Positions 17,454 to 25,998 of a stretch of 64,000 nucleotides of DNA are shown here, in pieces. The notes under the pieces were generated by a model, which was not told the DNA's origin, ran no database searches, and saw only the letters and a program-made list of their open reading frames with translations. Numbering within the stretch: position 1 is the first letter of the stretch; every line of letters begins with the position of its first letter. A program made the position numbers and the translations under genes. Source of the DNA: an uncultured Actinomycetota bacterium (GTDB lineage: Bacteria; Actinomycetota; Actinomycetes; Actinomycetales; Dermatophilaceae); NCBI GenBank assembly GCA_963752365.1, contig CAVVXY010000004.1, forward strand, positions 3,903 through 67,902, in the 5' to 3' direction.

Positions 17454-18603
17454 CCACGGTCCGCGCGCGCACTGGCCCACCTGACGTCGCGAGGCGGAGC
17501 AGGAGGACGATCGCCGCAAGGGGCAGAACGAGGAGCGGAATGCCGTGCCACCACACCCACGGACGGGGCAACGCCTGTGCGATGAGCAGCGGCGGCACGA
17601 GCGCGGCCACGGCGAGGGGCCACGCGGCCTGGGTCCGGGGGGTCCGGACCCCGACGGCGACCGCGGGGACGACCCAGACCCAGTGGTGCGACCAGCTGAC
17701 CGGCGAGGCGAGGAGTCCGCCGAGCCCGATGACCGCCGCGACGGCGAGGTGTGACCCGGTCAACGACCAGACCCGCCGAGCCGCGAGTACCGCGAGGACG
17801 AGCGCCATCGCCTGGAGGGGCAGGGTCAGCCACCCGGGCGGCGTGTCGTCCTGGAGGGCCCGGGCGACGACGCCGGTCAGCGACTGGTTGTCGGCGTAGC
17901 GGCCGCCCCCGGACCGGTTCGGGTCGAGGAGCAGGTGGAGCCAGTAGGTCCTCGCCGCGTCCGGGACGACGAGGGCGCTCACGAGCACGGTCGCGGCGCC
18001 GGCGACCGCGACCCGGGCGCACGCGGACCAGTCGCGGCTCACGACCCAGACCAGGACGAGGACCGCCGGCACGATCTTGATCCCGGCGGCGACCCCCGTG
18101 AGGATGCCACGCCACCGACGCGGTACGACGGTGACGTCGAGGACGACGAGGGCGAGCAGGACGAGGTTGACCTGCCCCTGCTGGACGGTCCGGACGACCG
18201 GCACGCAGGCGAGGGCGAATGCCACGAGCAGCACCCGCTCCCGGGACGTTGCCCCGAGCCGCCGGGCGAGGACCGCGAGGACGGCGGCGAGGGCACCGAG
18301 CGAGAGGAGGACCACGGTGGTCTGCGCCGCAGTGCGGGAGAGGGCCGCGAGGGGGAGGAACGCGAGCGCCGCGAACGGCGGATAGGTGAAGGGGAGCCGG
18401 GTGCCGTCGGTCGCGTAGGGGTCGTGGCCGGCGAGGACATCGCGCCCGGCCCGCCAGTAGACATCGGTGTCCTGGAAGTCCGACGTGCCGCTGAGGGCGC
18501 TGGTCCACTGCCAGAGGGCGACCGCGAGCAACCCGACGACCGCCACGGCTGTCCAGGCGCGATGGAGCGGGCGGGCAGCCCGAGCCGGCTCCGCGACGGT
18601 CAC
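17404..18603 (-). CDS. GT87 / DUF2029 polyprenol-phosphate-mannose-dependent glycosyltransferase-like membrane protein
   Basis: GTG 18603 within ORF 17404..19071, overlapping the crcB stop (GTGA). Multi-TM with LPFTYPPFAALAFLPLA and GQVNLVLLALVVLD motifs typical of the family. Confidence 0.7.
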   Translation of the reverse strand: MTVAEPARAARPLHRAWTAVAVVGLLAVALWQWTSALSGTSDFQDTDVYWRAGRDVLAGHDPYATDGTRLPFTYPPFAALAFLPLAALSRTAAQTTVVLLSLGALAAVLAVLARRLGATSRERVLLVAFALACVPVVRTVQQGQVNLVLLALVVLDVTVVPRRWRGILTGVAAGIKIVPAVLVLVWVVSRDWSACARVAVAGAATVLVSALVVPDAARTYWLHLLLDPNRSGGGRYADNQSLTGVVARALQDDTPPGWLTLPLQAMALVLAVLAARRVWSLTGSHLAVAAVIGLGGLLASPVSWSHHWVWVVPAVAVGVRTPRTQAAWPLAVAALVPPLLIAQALPRPWVWWHGIPLLVLPLAAIVLLLRLATSGGPVRARTVVSRTSARGGPRRAPAR

Positions 18604-18950
18604 GACCCCCACGCCCAGCCGCCCCACGCCGCAAGCAGGCCGAGCACGAGGCTGAGGACGACATTCGCCACCGCCGCGCGGCGCTCCTCGTCGCCCCACG
18701 CCTCCCACACCTCGAGCGCGAAACTCGAGAAGGTCGTCAGCGCGCCGCAGAAGCCGGTCCCGACGAGGGCCAGCCACGACCCGCCGAGGCCCGCCGCGAC
18801 GCTGAGCCCGAGGACGAACGACCCGAGGACGTTGACGAGGAGGGTGCCGGCCGCGGCCGTCGCCGGAGTCCGGCTGCGCAGGTGGTGACCGACGAGGTAT
18901 CGGGCCGGGGCACCGACCGCGGCGCCGAGGACGACGAGCAGCGCGGTCAC
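18600..18950 (-). CDS. crcB: fluoride channel subunit CrcB/FluC
   Basis: GTG 18950 within ORF 18600..19289 (VTALLVVLGAAVGAPARY...GALTTFSSF). GTGA overlaps at both ends. Confidence 0.85.
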   Translation of the reverse strand: MTALLVVLGAAVGAPARYLVGHHLRSRTPATAAAGTLLVNVLGSFVLGLSVAAGLGGSWLALVGTGFCGALTTFSSFALEVWEAWGDEERRAAVANVVLSLVLGLLAAWGGWAWGS

Positions 18951-19357
18951 GCGGTGTCCTGCCGTCCGGCCCAGATCCGTTGTCCCGCAACGTGCCCAAC
19001 GCCGACGCCGATGACGCCGAAGGCGACGGAGGCGGCGACGTAGGCGAGGGCGAGGAGCGGGCGCCCCGCATTCGCCAGCTCGAGGGTGTCGACCGAGAAC
19101 GTGCTGAACGTCGTCCAGCCGCCGAGGACGCCGACCGCGAGGAACGGGCGGAAGAGGACGTGCGGCGCGGCGGCGAAGGCGAGCCGCGCGACGAGGACGC
19201 CCATGAGAACGCAGCCGGACAGGTTGACGAGCAGGGTCGACCACGGCCAGTGGCCGGAGGCGTGGGGCAGCGCGAGGCCGACGGCCCACCGGGCGAGGGA
19301 GCCGACCGCCCCGCCGACGGCGATCGCCCCGAGGTGCTCAGGCCCGGCGGGTCTCAA
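18947..19357 (-). CDS. crcB: fluoride channel subunit CrcB/FluC
   Basis: ORF 18947..19357, TTG start. GGAVGSLARW and GGWTTFSTFS motifs. The start overlaps the last 20 nt of the aminotransferase gene. Confidence 0.85.
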   Translation of the reverse strand: MRPAGPEHLGAIAVGGAVGSLARWAVGLALPHASGHWPWSTLLVNLSGCVLMGVLVARLAFAAAPHVLFRPFLAVGVLGGWTTFSTFSVDTLELANAGRPLLALAYVAASVAFGVIGVGVGHVAGQRIWAGRQDTA

Positions 19358-20555
19358 GGAAGTCCGCGATCCGGCCGATCGCCTCGGTGAGGACCTCGAC
19401 GTCGGGGAGGGTGACGAGGCGGAAGTGGTCCGGCGCGAACCAGTTGAAGCCGGTCCCGTGCGTCACGAGGATCTTCTTGGCGCGGAGCAGGTCGATGACG
19501 AATGCCTCGTCGTCCTCGATCGCGTAGACCTCGGGGTCGAGGCGGGGGAAGCAGTAGAGGGCGCCCATGGGCTCGACGCAGCTGACGCCGGGGATCTTGT
19601 TGAGGAGCTGGGCGGCGAGCTTGGACTGCTCGTAGAAGCGGCCGCCGGGCACGACGAGCTCGGTGATCGACTGGTAGCCGCCGAGCGCGGTCTGGATGGC
19701 GTGCTGGGAGGGGACGTTGGCGCACATCCGCATGTTGGCGAGGAGGGTGAGCCCCTCGAGGAAGTCCTCGGCCATGTGCCGGGGGCCGCTCACCATGACC
19801 CACCCGGCGCGGTAGCCGCAGACGCGGTAGGCCTTGGACAGGCCGGAGAAGGTCAGGCAGAGGACGTCGTCGCCGGCGAACGTCGCCGCGTGGTGGTGGA
19901 CCGCGTCGTCGAAGATGATCTTCTCGTAGATCTCGTCGGCCATGACGACGAGGTCGTGGCGGCGGGCGATGTCGACGAGCGCGCGGACCGTCTGCTCGCT
20001 GTAGACGGCGCCGGTCGGGTTGTTGGGGTTGATGATGACGATCGCGTGGGTGTTGTCGGTGATCTTGGCCTCGATGTCGGCGAGGTCAGGGTTCCAGCCG
20101 TTGTCCTCGTCGCAGCGGTAGTGGACCGGAGTGCCCCCGGACAGGGACACCGCGCCGGTCCACAGCGGGTAGTCGGGGGCCGGGACGAGGATCTCGTTGC
20201 CGTCGTCGACGAAGGCCTGGAGCACCATCGAGATGAGCTCGGACACGCCGTTGCCGATGTAGACGTCCTCGACCGAGGTGTCCCGGAGGCCGCGCGACTG
20301 GTAGTACTGCGCGACGGCGGTCCGGGCGCTGTAGATGCCCTTGCTGTCGGCGTAGCCCTGGGAGTCGGGCAGGGCCTGGACCATGTCGGCGACGATCGCC
20401 TCGGGCGCCTCGAAGCCGAACGGCGCGGTGTTGCCGATGTTGAGCTTGAGGATCTTGTGCCCCTCGGCCTCGAGCCGCTGGGCCTCGACGAGGATCGGGC
20501 CCCTCACGTCATAGCGGACGTGCTGCAGCTTCTTGCTCTGGACGATCGGGCGCAT
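19338..20555 (-). CDS. alaA: PLP-dependent aminotransferase, AlaA (alanine/glutamate-pyruvate) type
   Basis: ORF 19338..20555. KLNIGNTAPFGF, NPNNPTGAVY and FSGLSKAYRVCGYRAGW (PLP-Lys) are characteristic of the family. Confidence 0.9.
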   Translation of the reverse strand: MRPIVQSKKLQHVRYDVRGPILVEAQRLEAEGHKILKLNIGNTAPFGFEAPEAIVADMVQALPDSQGYADSKGIYSARTAVAQYYQSRGLRDTSVEDVYIGNGVSELISMVLQAFVDDGNEILVPAPDYPLWTGAVSLSGGTPVHYRCDEDNGWNPDLADIEAKITDNTHAIVIINPNNPTGAVYSEQTVRALVDIARRHDLVVMADEIYEKIIFDDAVHHHAATFAGDDVLCLTFSGLSKAYRVCGYRAGWVMVSGPRHMAEDFLEGLTLLANMRMCANVPSQHAIQTALGGYQSITELVVPGGRFYEQSKLAAQLLNKIPGVSCVEPMGALYCFPRLDPEVYAIEDDEAFVIDLLRAKKILVTHGTGFNWFAPDHFRLVTLPDVEVLTEAIGRIADFLETRRA

Positions 20556-20601
20556 GCGGCCAGTGTCGCAGCGGCCCCGCGGCGACCGACGATAGGTTCT
20601 C

Positions 20602-20614
20602 GGTGAGTCTCACC
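20602..20614. promoter_or_regulatory. perfect palindrome GGTGAG-T-CTCACC, candidate operator
   Basis: Lies 3 nt downstream of TAGGTT (20593-20598) in the alaA / lipoprotein divergent region. The same half-sites recur at 44917-44931. Confidence 0.4.
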
Positions 20615-20646
20615 ACCCGGATGGGGCGGGCGACGAGAGGGATGCC

Positions 20647-21018
20647 ATGAACCGCAGTGCGCGCCGAGCGGCATTCGCCGTCCTCCTCGGGGTCCCGCTC
20701 CTCGCCGGCTGCTCGATGAGCGCGGGCGACCCGGTGACCGTGGCGAGCAAGACCGTGTCGGTCGGGTCGACGCCGAGGATCAAGGCCGCCGACGTCGAGA
20801 AGGAGGCGGTCGCGAAGTTCGGCGACAAGGTGCCCGAGGGCGCGAAGCTCGCCTGCCCGGACCTCAAGGGGGTCAAGGGCGAGACGGCCCGGTGCACGTG
20901 GACGCTCGCGGACCGGTCGACGCTCGGGATGGCGGTGACGGTCACGTCGTTCACGGCCTCGACGGGCCGCTTCCGGCTGGCCTTCGAGAACGACGCGAAG
21001 GTCACGCCGGCACCCTGA
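20647..21018 (+). CDS. DUF4333-like secreted lipoprotein
   Basis: ORF 20647..21018. Signal peptide with lipobox LLAGC, then a small Cys-pair domain (ACPDLKGVKGETARC). Confidence 0.75.
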   Translation: MNRSARRAAFAVLLGVPLLAGCSMSAGDPVTVASKTVSVGSTPRIKAADVEKEAVAKFGDKVPEGAKLACPDLKGVKGETARCTWTLADRSTLGMAVTVTSFTASTGRFRLAFENDAKVTPAP

Positions 21019-21230
21019 CCGCGACCCCGCGGACGGGCCGTCCAGCGGATCCCGGGGACGCGCGCGACCCGACCGGCGGCGGGCGCCAACTCCTTCCTCA
21101 CCGACCGCGCCGGCCAGTTCACCCAGCCCGGCGGGGTGCCGGCCGTGCACGTCTTCGACGTCTGCGACAGCACGGTGCCGGGCGAGTACCTCATCGCCGG
21201 GACGCCCGCCGACGCGGGGGCGACGGTGTG

Positions 21231-21881
21231 TCAAGGGCCCCCACGGCCGGAACCCCAGGAAGGTCCCGGCACGCCGTCCTGCTCGGTGATCGTCGTGACC
21301 AGGGTCGTGACCGACGGCGTCCTCGGCGTCGAGCCGAAGCCGAAGGTGCAGGGCGGTGCGACCGGGGCCAGGCCGCCCAGGTCCGCACCGTCGAGCGAGC
21401 CCCGCATCGCGGTCACCCGGTGCAGGTCGGTCGCCGCGTAGAACTCGCGTCGACCGGCCCGCGCGGTCCCGCGGGTCCGGACCCCCTGCAGCAGGACCCT
21501 CGCCACCGGGTCGGTGAGCAGCGTGAACGCCGGCTCGGTCGCGAGGCGCCGGGGGACGGCCCGGAGCAGCCGGCCGAGCGGCATTCGGCCGCCGATGGTG
21601 ACCTCGAGGGTCAGGGAGTCGCTCGACACCCACCACCCGCCGGACGTGTCCTCGACGACGAATGCCTCGACCCGCACCTCGTCGAACTCATAGGTGGTGC
21701 AGACGAACTCGGCGACCGCGGCATTCGGCGCGAGGAGGATGCGGTGACCGTCGGCGCGCTCGACCATCGCGTCGGCGAAGGCTCCGAGCGGGCCCTCCGC
21801 CCACCGACCGACGACGACCCGCACCCCGCTCGTCGACCCGATCCCGACGATCCGTCCCGTGAAGCCCTTCGCCCGCCGCAT
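21231..21881 (-). CDS. hypothetical protein
   Basis: Last 217 codons of ORF 21231..23780, from ATG 21881 (MRRAKGFTGRIVGIGSTSG...). The rest of the ORF is antisense to the transporter and decarboxylase genes. No family recognised. Confidence 0.5.
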   Translation of the reverse strand: MRRAKGFTGRIVGIGSTSGVRVVVGRWAEGPLGAFADAMVERADGHRILLAPNAAVAEFVCTTYEFDEVRVEAFVVEDTSGGWWVSSDSLTLEVTIGGRMPLGRLLRAVPRRLATEPAFTLLTDPVARVLLQGVRTRGTARAGRREFYAATDLHRVTAMRGSLDGADLGGLAPVAPPCTFGFGSTPRTPSVTTLVTTITEQDGVPGPSWGSGRGGP

Positions 21882-21905
21882 CCCGCCAGTCAACCAGCGC
21901 GGCGG

Positions 21906-21911
21906 TAGGTT
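21906..21911 (+). promoter_or_regulatory. -10 box TAGGTT, leaderless promoter
   Basis: TAGGTT lies 6 nt upstream of ATG 21918. Confidence 0.45.
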
Positions 21912-21917
21912 GCCGCC

Positions 21918-23270
21918 ATGGCGACGACGCTCGACCCCGCGACGCGCCGCGGCTACGGCCTCGGGTCGGTCGCGACCGGCGCGTTCGGCACCGTCCCCGG
22001 CCTGCTCCTCCTGCCCTACCTGACCGACCGGCTCGGGGTCGCCGCCGCCCTCGCCGGGCTCATCGTGCTCCTCCCCAAGGCGTGGGACGTCATCCTCAAC
22101 CCGATCGCCGGCGGGATCAGCGACCGCTCGACCAACCCGTCGGGTCGCCGCCGGCCGTTCCTCCTCCGGGCCGGCCTCGCCCTCGCCGTCCTCTTCGTCC
22201 TGCTCTTCAACGGGCCGACGTCGCCGACCTTCGTCGCCGCCCTCTGGGTCGTCCTCGCCTTCCTCGCGTGCGCCACGGCCTACGCGTTCTTCCAGGTGCC
22301 CTACGTCGCGATGCCGGCGGAGATGACCGACGACTACGACGAGCGCACCCGGCTCATGACCTGGCGGGTCGCGATCCTCGCCTTCGCGATCCTCCTGTCC
22401 GGCGGCCTCTCGCCGGCGATCCGCGACGGGCTCGGAGCGGAGACCGGCTATCGGGCCGTCGGCCTCTTCGTCGGCATCCTCATCGCCGTCGGCGCGATCG
22501 GCGCGTGGTGGGGGACGCGCAACGCCCCCGAGCGCCGCGAGGTCGCCGGAGCCGCCTCGCTCCGCGAGCAGCTCCGGATCGTCGCCGCCGCCCGTGACTT
22601 CCGGGTCCTCCTCGCCACCTTCGTCATCCAGGCGCTGGCGACGGGCGCGATGCTCGCCGGGGTGGACTACATGGCCCGCGTCGTCATCGGGGACCGCGCG
22701 GCATCGACGATCCTCTTCGTCTGCTTCGTCGGGCCGGCGCTCGTCGTCACCCCGCTCTGGCAGCGGGTCGGGGAGCGGGTCGGCAAGAAGGTCGGCTACC
22801 TCGCGAGCTCCGTGCTCCTCCTCCTCGGCGCGCTCGGCGCCTACCTCCTCCGCGACGCACCCATGGCGCTCATCGCGGTCGCCGTCGCGCTCATCGGCGT
22901 CGGCTACGCGGGCGCGCAGATGTTCCCGATGGCGATGCTCCCGGACTGTGCGGCCGCCGACGCGGCGGCCACCGGGGAGAACAGGATCGGCGTCTACACC
23001 GGTGTCTGGACGGCGGGGGAGACCCTCGGGCTGGCGCTCGGCCCCGGGCTCTACGCCATCATCCTGGCCGTCGGCGGCTACGTCTCCTCGACGAGCGGCG
23101 ACGTCGCCCAGTCCGACCGGGCCGGGCAGGCGATCGCCCTCGGCTTCGGCGTCGTCCCGGCGGTCCTCTTCCTCGTCTCCCTCGGGCCCCTGCTCGCCTA
23201 CCGGCTCACCGACCGCTACGTCGCCGAGGCCGCCGCCGCGGCCGGGCTCCCCGAGGAGGAGGGGGAGTGA
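21918..23270 (+). CDS. MFS transporter, glycoside-pentoside-hexuronide (GPH/MelB-like) type
   Basis: ORF 21918..23270. LPKAWDVILNPIAGGISDRS...GRRRPF motif, 12 TM-like segments. Confidence 0.8.
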   Translation: MATTLDPATRRGYGLGSVATGAFGTVPGLLLLPYLTDRLGVAAALAGLIVLLPKAWDVILNPIAGGISDRSTNPSGRRRPFLLRAGLALAVLFVLLFNGPTSPTFVAALWVVLAFLACATAYAFFQVPYVAMPAEMTDDYDERTRLMTWRVAILAFAILLSGGLSPAIRDGLGAETGYRAVGLFVGILIAVGAIGAWWGTRNAPERREVAGAASLREQLRIVAAARDFRVLLATFVIQALATGAMLAGVDYMARVVIGDRAASTILFVCFVGPALVVTPLWQRVGERVGKKVGYLASSVLLLLGALGAYLLRDAPMALIAVAVALIGVGYAGAQMFPMAMLPDCAAADAAATGENRIGVYTGVWTAGETLGLALGPGLYAIILAVGGYVSSTSGDVAQSDRAGQAIALGFGVVPAVLFLVSLGPLLAYRLTDRYVAEAAAAAGLPEEEGE

Positions 23271-24697
23271 GCGACGCGTGGGCGGGGGACCGCATTCGCA
23301 CCGAGCTCGGGCGAATGCAGGCAGGCGACCTCCCGACGCACGGCGGCCGCACGCTCGCCTACGTCTACGACTCGGGGCTCGCCGAGGCGGACGAGATCGG
23401 GCGCGAGGCGCTCGCGATGTTCGCCGGGTCCAACGGCCTCGACCCGACGGCCTTCCCCAGTCTGCGGCGGATGGAGAACGACCTCGTCGGGTGGGCGGGC
23501 CGGATCCTCGACGCGCCCACGGGATTCGCGGGATCGGTGACGTCCGGGGGGACCGAGTCGATCCTCCTCGCGGTGCTCGCCGCTCGGGACGCGCGTCCCG
23601 ACGTCGCGGAGCCGACGATGGTGGTCCCGTCGACCGCGCACGCGGCGTTCCACAAGGCGGCCCACTACTTCGGCGTGCGGCTCGTCGTCGTGCCGGTCGA
23701 CGAGGCGACGTTCCGCGCGGACGCCGACGGGATGCGCGCGGAGATCGACGACTCGACCGTCCTCGTCGTCGCGTCGGCACCGTCCTACGCGCACGGCGTC
23801 GTCGACCCGGTCGGGCCGATCGCCGCCGCTGCCGCGGACGCCGGAGTGCGCTGCCACGTCGACGCGTGCATCGGCGGCTGGGTCCTGCCCTGGCTCGACC
23901 GGCCGCGGGACTGGACCTTTGCCGTCCCGGGCGTCACCTCGATCTCCGTCGACCTGCACAAGTACGCCTACACGCCCAAGGGCGTGTCGGTGCTGCTCCA
24001 CCGGTCCGCGGCCCTGCGGTCGACGCACCTCTTCGCCTCCGCCGAGTGGCCGGGCTACACGATGCTCAACAGCACGACCCAGTCGACGCGGTCCGGCGGC
24101 CCACTCGCCGCTGCCTGGGCTGTCGTCCACGCGATCGGAGACGACGGCTACGCGCGCCTCGCGGGAGTCGCCCGGGAGGCGACGCTGGCGTTGGCCGAGG
24201 CCGTCGACGGGATCGACGGGCTCCGGGTCCTCGCCGCTCCGGAGGCCACGCTCCTCGCCGTCGCTGCCGACGACGACGGGATCGACGTCTTCTCGCTCGC
24301 CGACGAGATGCTGGCGCGCGGGTGGTTCGTCCAGCCGCAGATGGCGTTCGGCTCCGCGCCCGCGAACCTCCACCTGACGCTCTCCGCCGCGACCGCGCCC
24401 TCGGTGCCGGACTTCGCCTCGGCCCTCGAGGCGTCCGTCGCCGCCGTCCGGGAGGCCGGACCGGTTCAGGTGCCTGCCGAGCTCGCGGCGGCGGCGGGCG
24501 CGATCGACCCCGCGACCCTCGACGAGGCCGCATTCGACGGGCTCCTCCAGGTCGCCGGGCTCGCCGGTGAGGGCGGCGAGCTCGCGCTGCCCGAGCGGCT
24601 GGCGCCGGTCAACGCCCTCCTCGACGTCGCGTCGCCGGCGCTTCGCGAAGCGCTGCTCCTCGCGGTCCTCGACCGGCTGTTACGGCCGACCCCGTGA
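23267..24697 (+). CDS. PLP-dependent group II decarboxylase / sphingosine-1-phosphate-lyase-like enzyme
   Basis: ORF 23267..24697, GTG start overlapping the transporter stop (GTGA), with a GAGGAGGAGGGGGAG run upstream. SVTSGGTESILLAV and SISVDLHKYAYTPKG (PLP-Lys) motifs. Confidence 0.8.
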   Translation: MSDAWAGDRIRTELGRMQAGDLPTHGGRTLAYVYDSGLAEADEIGREALAMFAGSNGLDPTAFPSLRRMENDLVGWAGRILDAPTGFAGSVTSGGTESILLAVLAARDARPDVAEPTMVVPSTAHAAFHKAAHYFGVRLVVVPVDEATFRADADGMRAEIDDSTVLVVASAPSYAHGVVDPVGPIAAAAADAGVRCHVDACIGGWVLPWLDRPRDWTFAVPGVTSISVDLHKYAYTPKGVSVLLHRSAALRSTHLFASAEWPGYTMLNSTTQSTRSGGPLAAAWAVVHAIGDDGYARLAGVAREATLALAEAVDGIDGLRVLAAPEATLLAVAADDDGIDVFSLADEMLARGWFVQPQMAFGSAPANLHLTLSAATAPSVPDFASALEASVAAVREAGPVQVPAELAAAAGAIDPATLDEAAFDGLLQVAGLAGEGGELALPERLAPVNALLDVASPALREALLLAVLDRLLRPTP

Positions 24698-24752
24698 CCC
24701 GGGTCGATGCATTCGGCCTCGGGAACTCGATGGCCGAGGACATCGACCCGGG
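24698..24752. terminator. long bipartite hairpin between convergent genes
   Basis: CCCGGGTCGATG (24698-24709) pairs with CATCGACCCGGG (24741-24752). An inner stem pairs TCGGCC with GGCCGA. Starts 1 nt after the stop at 24697. Confidence 0.6.
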
Positions 24753-24766
24753 CGCCGTCCACACGC

Positions 24767-25876
24767 TCAGGCCGCCGCAGACACCCGGGCCGCCGGGCGC
24801 AGGTGCCGCAGCAGGTGGCGGGCATCGCGGTCGAGGCCCTGGATCGTCGCCGAGGCGAGCGCGAACTGGAAGTCGAGGCCGAGGAAGCTGAGCCCCGGGA
24901 CCTCGGTGACGCCGCGGTCGTGCCGGAGCCGTCCGCCGGCGTCGTGGACCGGCAGGTCGAGGAAACGGTGGTCCGGGCCGGAGCCGGTGCACCACAGCAC
25001 GGTCGCGATGTCCGGGCGAATGCCGTCCGCCGACACCGGCCGCCCGTCCACGACCTCGGTGATCCGGCCGGTCCGGACGACCCCTGAGGCATCGAGGTCG
25101 GCCAGCTTGTTGCGGACGAGGTTGACGCCGTGTCCCTCGGCCGCCGCCCTCGCCTTGCGCCCCATCGGGGTCCGCAGGGTCAGGACGTGGCGGAAGGCGA
25201 ACATGATGAGCGGCGTCACGAACCTGCCGGCCGGTGCGTCGATGTCGATCGGAACCTGGCCCGGGTGACGGCCGGCGAGCCAGGTCGGGTGCCCGGCGGC
25301 GGCCGCCTCGAGCGCGAGGTCGGTCCCGGAGTTCGCGGCGCCGACGACGAGGATGCCGCCCGGGACGAGCTGGGACGCATTCCGGTAGTCGAGCGAGTGC
25401 ACCTGGACGATGGACGGGTCGAGCTCGGCGGCGAGTGCGGGGGTGTGCGGGCGGACGTGGGCGCCGCTCGCGACGACGACGTTGGAGGCGACGATCGTGC
25501 CGGCCGTCGTCTCGACGACGAGGCGGTCGGAGCCGTCCGGAGCCCGTCCGACCCGCTCCACGCCGACGCCGGTGCGGACGGGCAGCTGCTCGTGCGAGAC
25601 GTACGCCTCCAGGTAGTCGGCCATCTCGTCCCGCGTCGGGAAGGTCCGCGTCGGGATCCCCATTCCCGGCAGGCTCGCGTAGCGGGGGAGGCTGAAGAGG
25701 CGGAGCGAGTCGTAGCGCCGCCGCCACGAGTCCCCGACCCGCGCCGAGGCCTCGAGAACCACGAAGTCCCGCCGCGCCCGTCGCAGGTGGTGGCCCATGA
25801 CGAGCCCCGCCTGTCCGCCGCCGATGACGACCGTGTCGACCTGCTCCGCCGGTCCGGTGATGACGCGTGTGCCCAT
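24767..25876 (-). CDS. FAD/NAD(P)-binding oxidoreductase, flavin monooxygenase-like
   Basis: ORF 24767..25876, with AGGAGG 5 nt before the ATG. Two dinucleotide-binding motifs, VVIGGGQAGL and ILVVGAANSG. Confidence 0.75.
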   Translation of the reverse strand: MGTRVITGPAEQVDTVVIGGGQAGLVMGHHLRRARRDFVVLEASARVGDSWRRRYDSLRLFSLPRYASLPGMGIPTRTFPTRDEMADYLEAYVSHEQLPVRTGVGVERVGRAPDGSDRLVVETTAGTIVASNVVVASGAHVRPHTPALAAELDPSIVQVHSLDYRNASQLVPGGILVVGAANSGTDLALEAAAAGHPTWLAGRHPGQVPIDIDAPAGRFVTPLIMFAFRHVLTLRTPMGRKARAAAEGHGVNLVRNKLADLDASGVVRTGRITEVVDGRPVSADGIRPDIATVLWCTGSGPDHRFLDLPVHDAGGRLRHDRGVTEVPGLSFLGLDFQFALASATIQGLDRDARHLLRHLRPAARVSAAA

Positions 25877-25998
25877 GTCCGCCTCCTGTGCGTGGTTGCC
25901 TGCTCACGACGGTAGGGATGCGGTGGGGGCGCTCGCATCGACCGGATCACCCATTCCGCGGCGGGCGCGATGGGTCGAACGACCCATCGGCGGCGGGC

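Noticed and set aside
19338-19420. Fluoride (crcB-motif) riboswitch upstream of the crcB pair.
   Set aside because: The first crcB start overlaps the preceding aminotransferase gene, so there is no intergenic leader. I also could not see the conserved riboswitch core in the alaA 5' region (20556-20646).
21019-21235. Coding-like, G/C3-rich sequence continuing in the same frame directly after the lipoprotein stop codon (...GANSFLTDRAGQFTQPGGVPAVHVFDVCDSTVPGEYLIAGTPADAGATVC). It partly corresponds to ORF 21136..21441.
   Set aside because: There is no convincing start or RBS and no recognisable family, and the ORF runs into the convergent gene at 21231. It could be a gene remnant or a read-through extension, but I cannot support a feature call.
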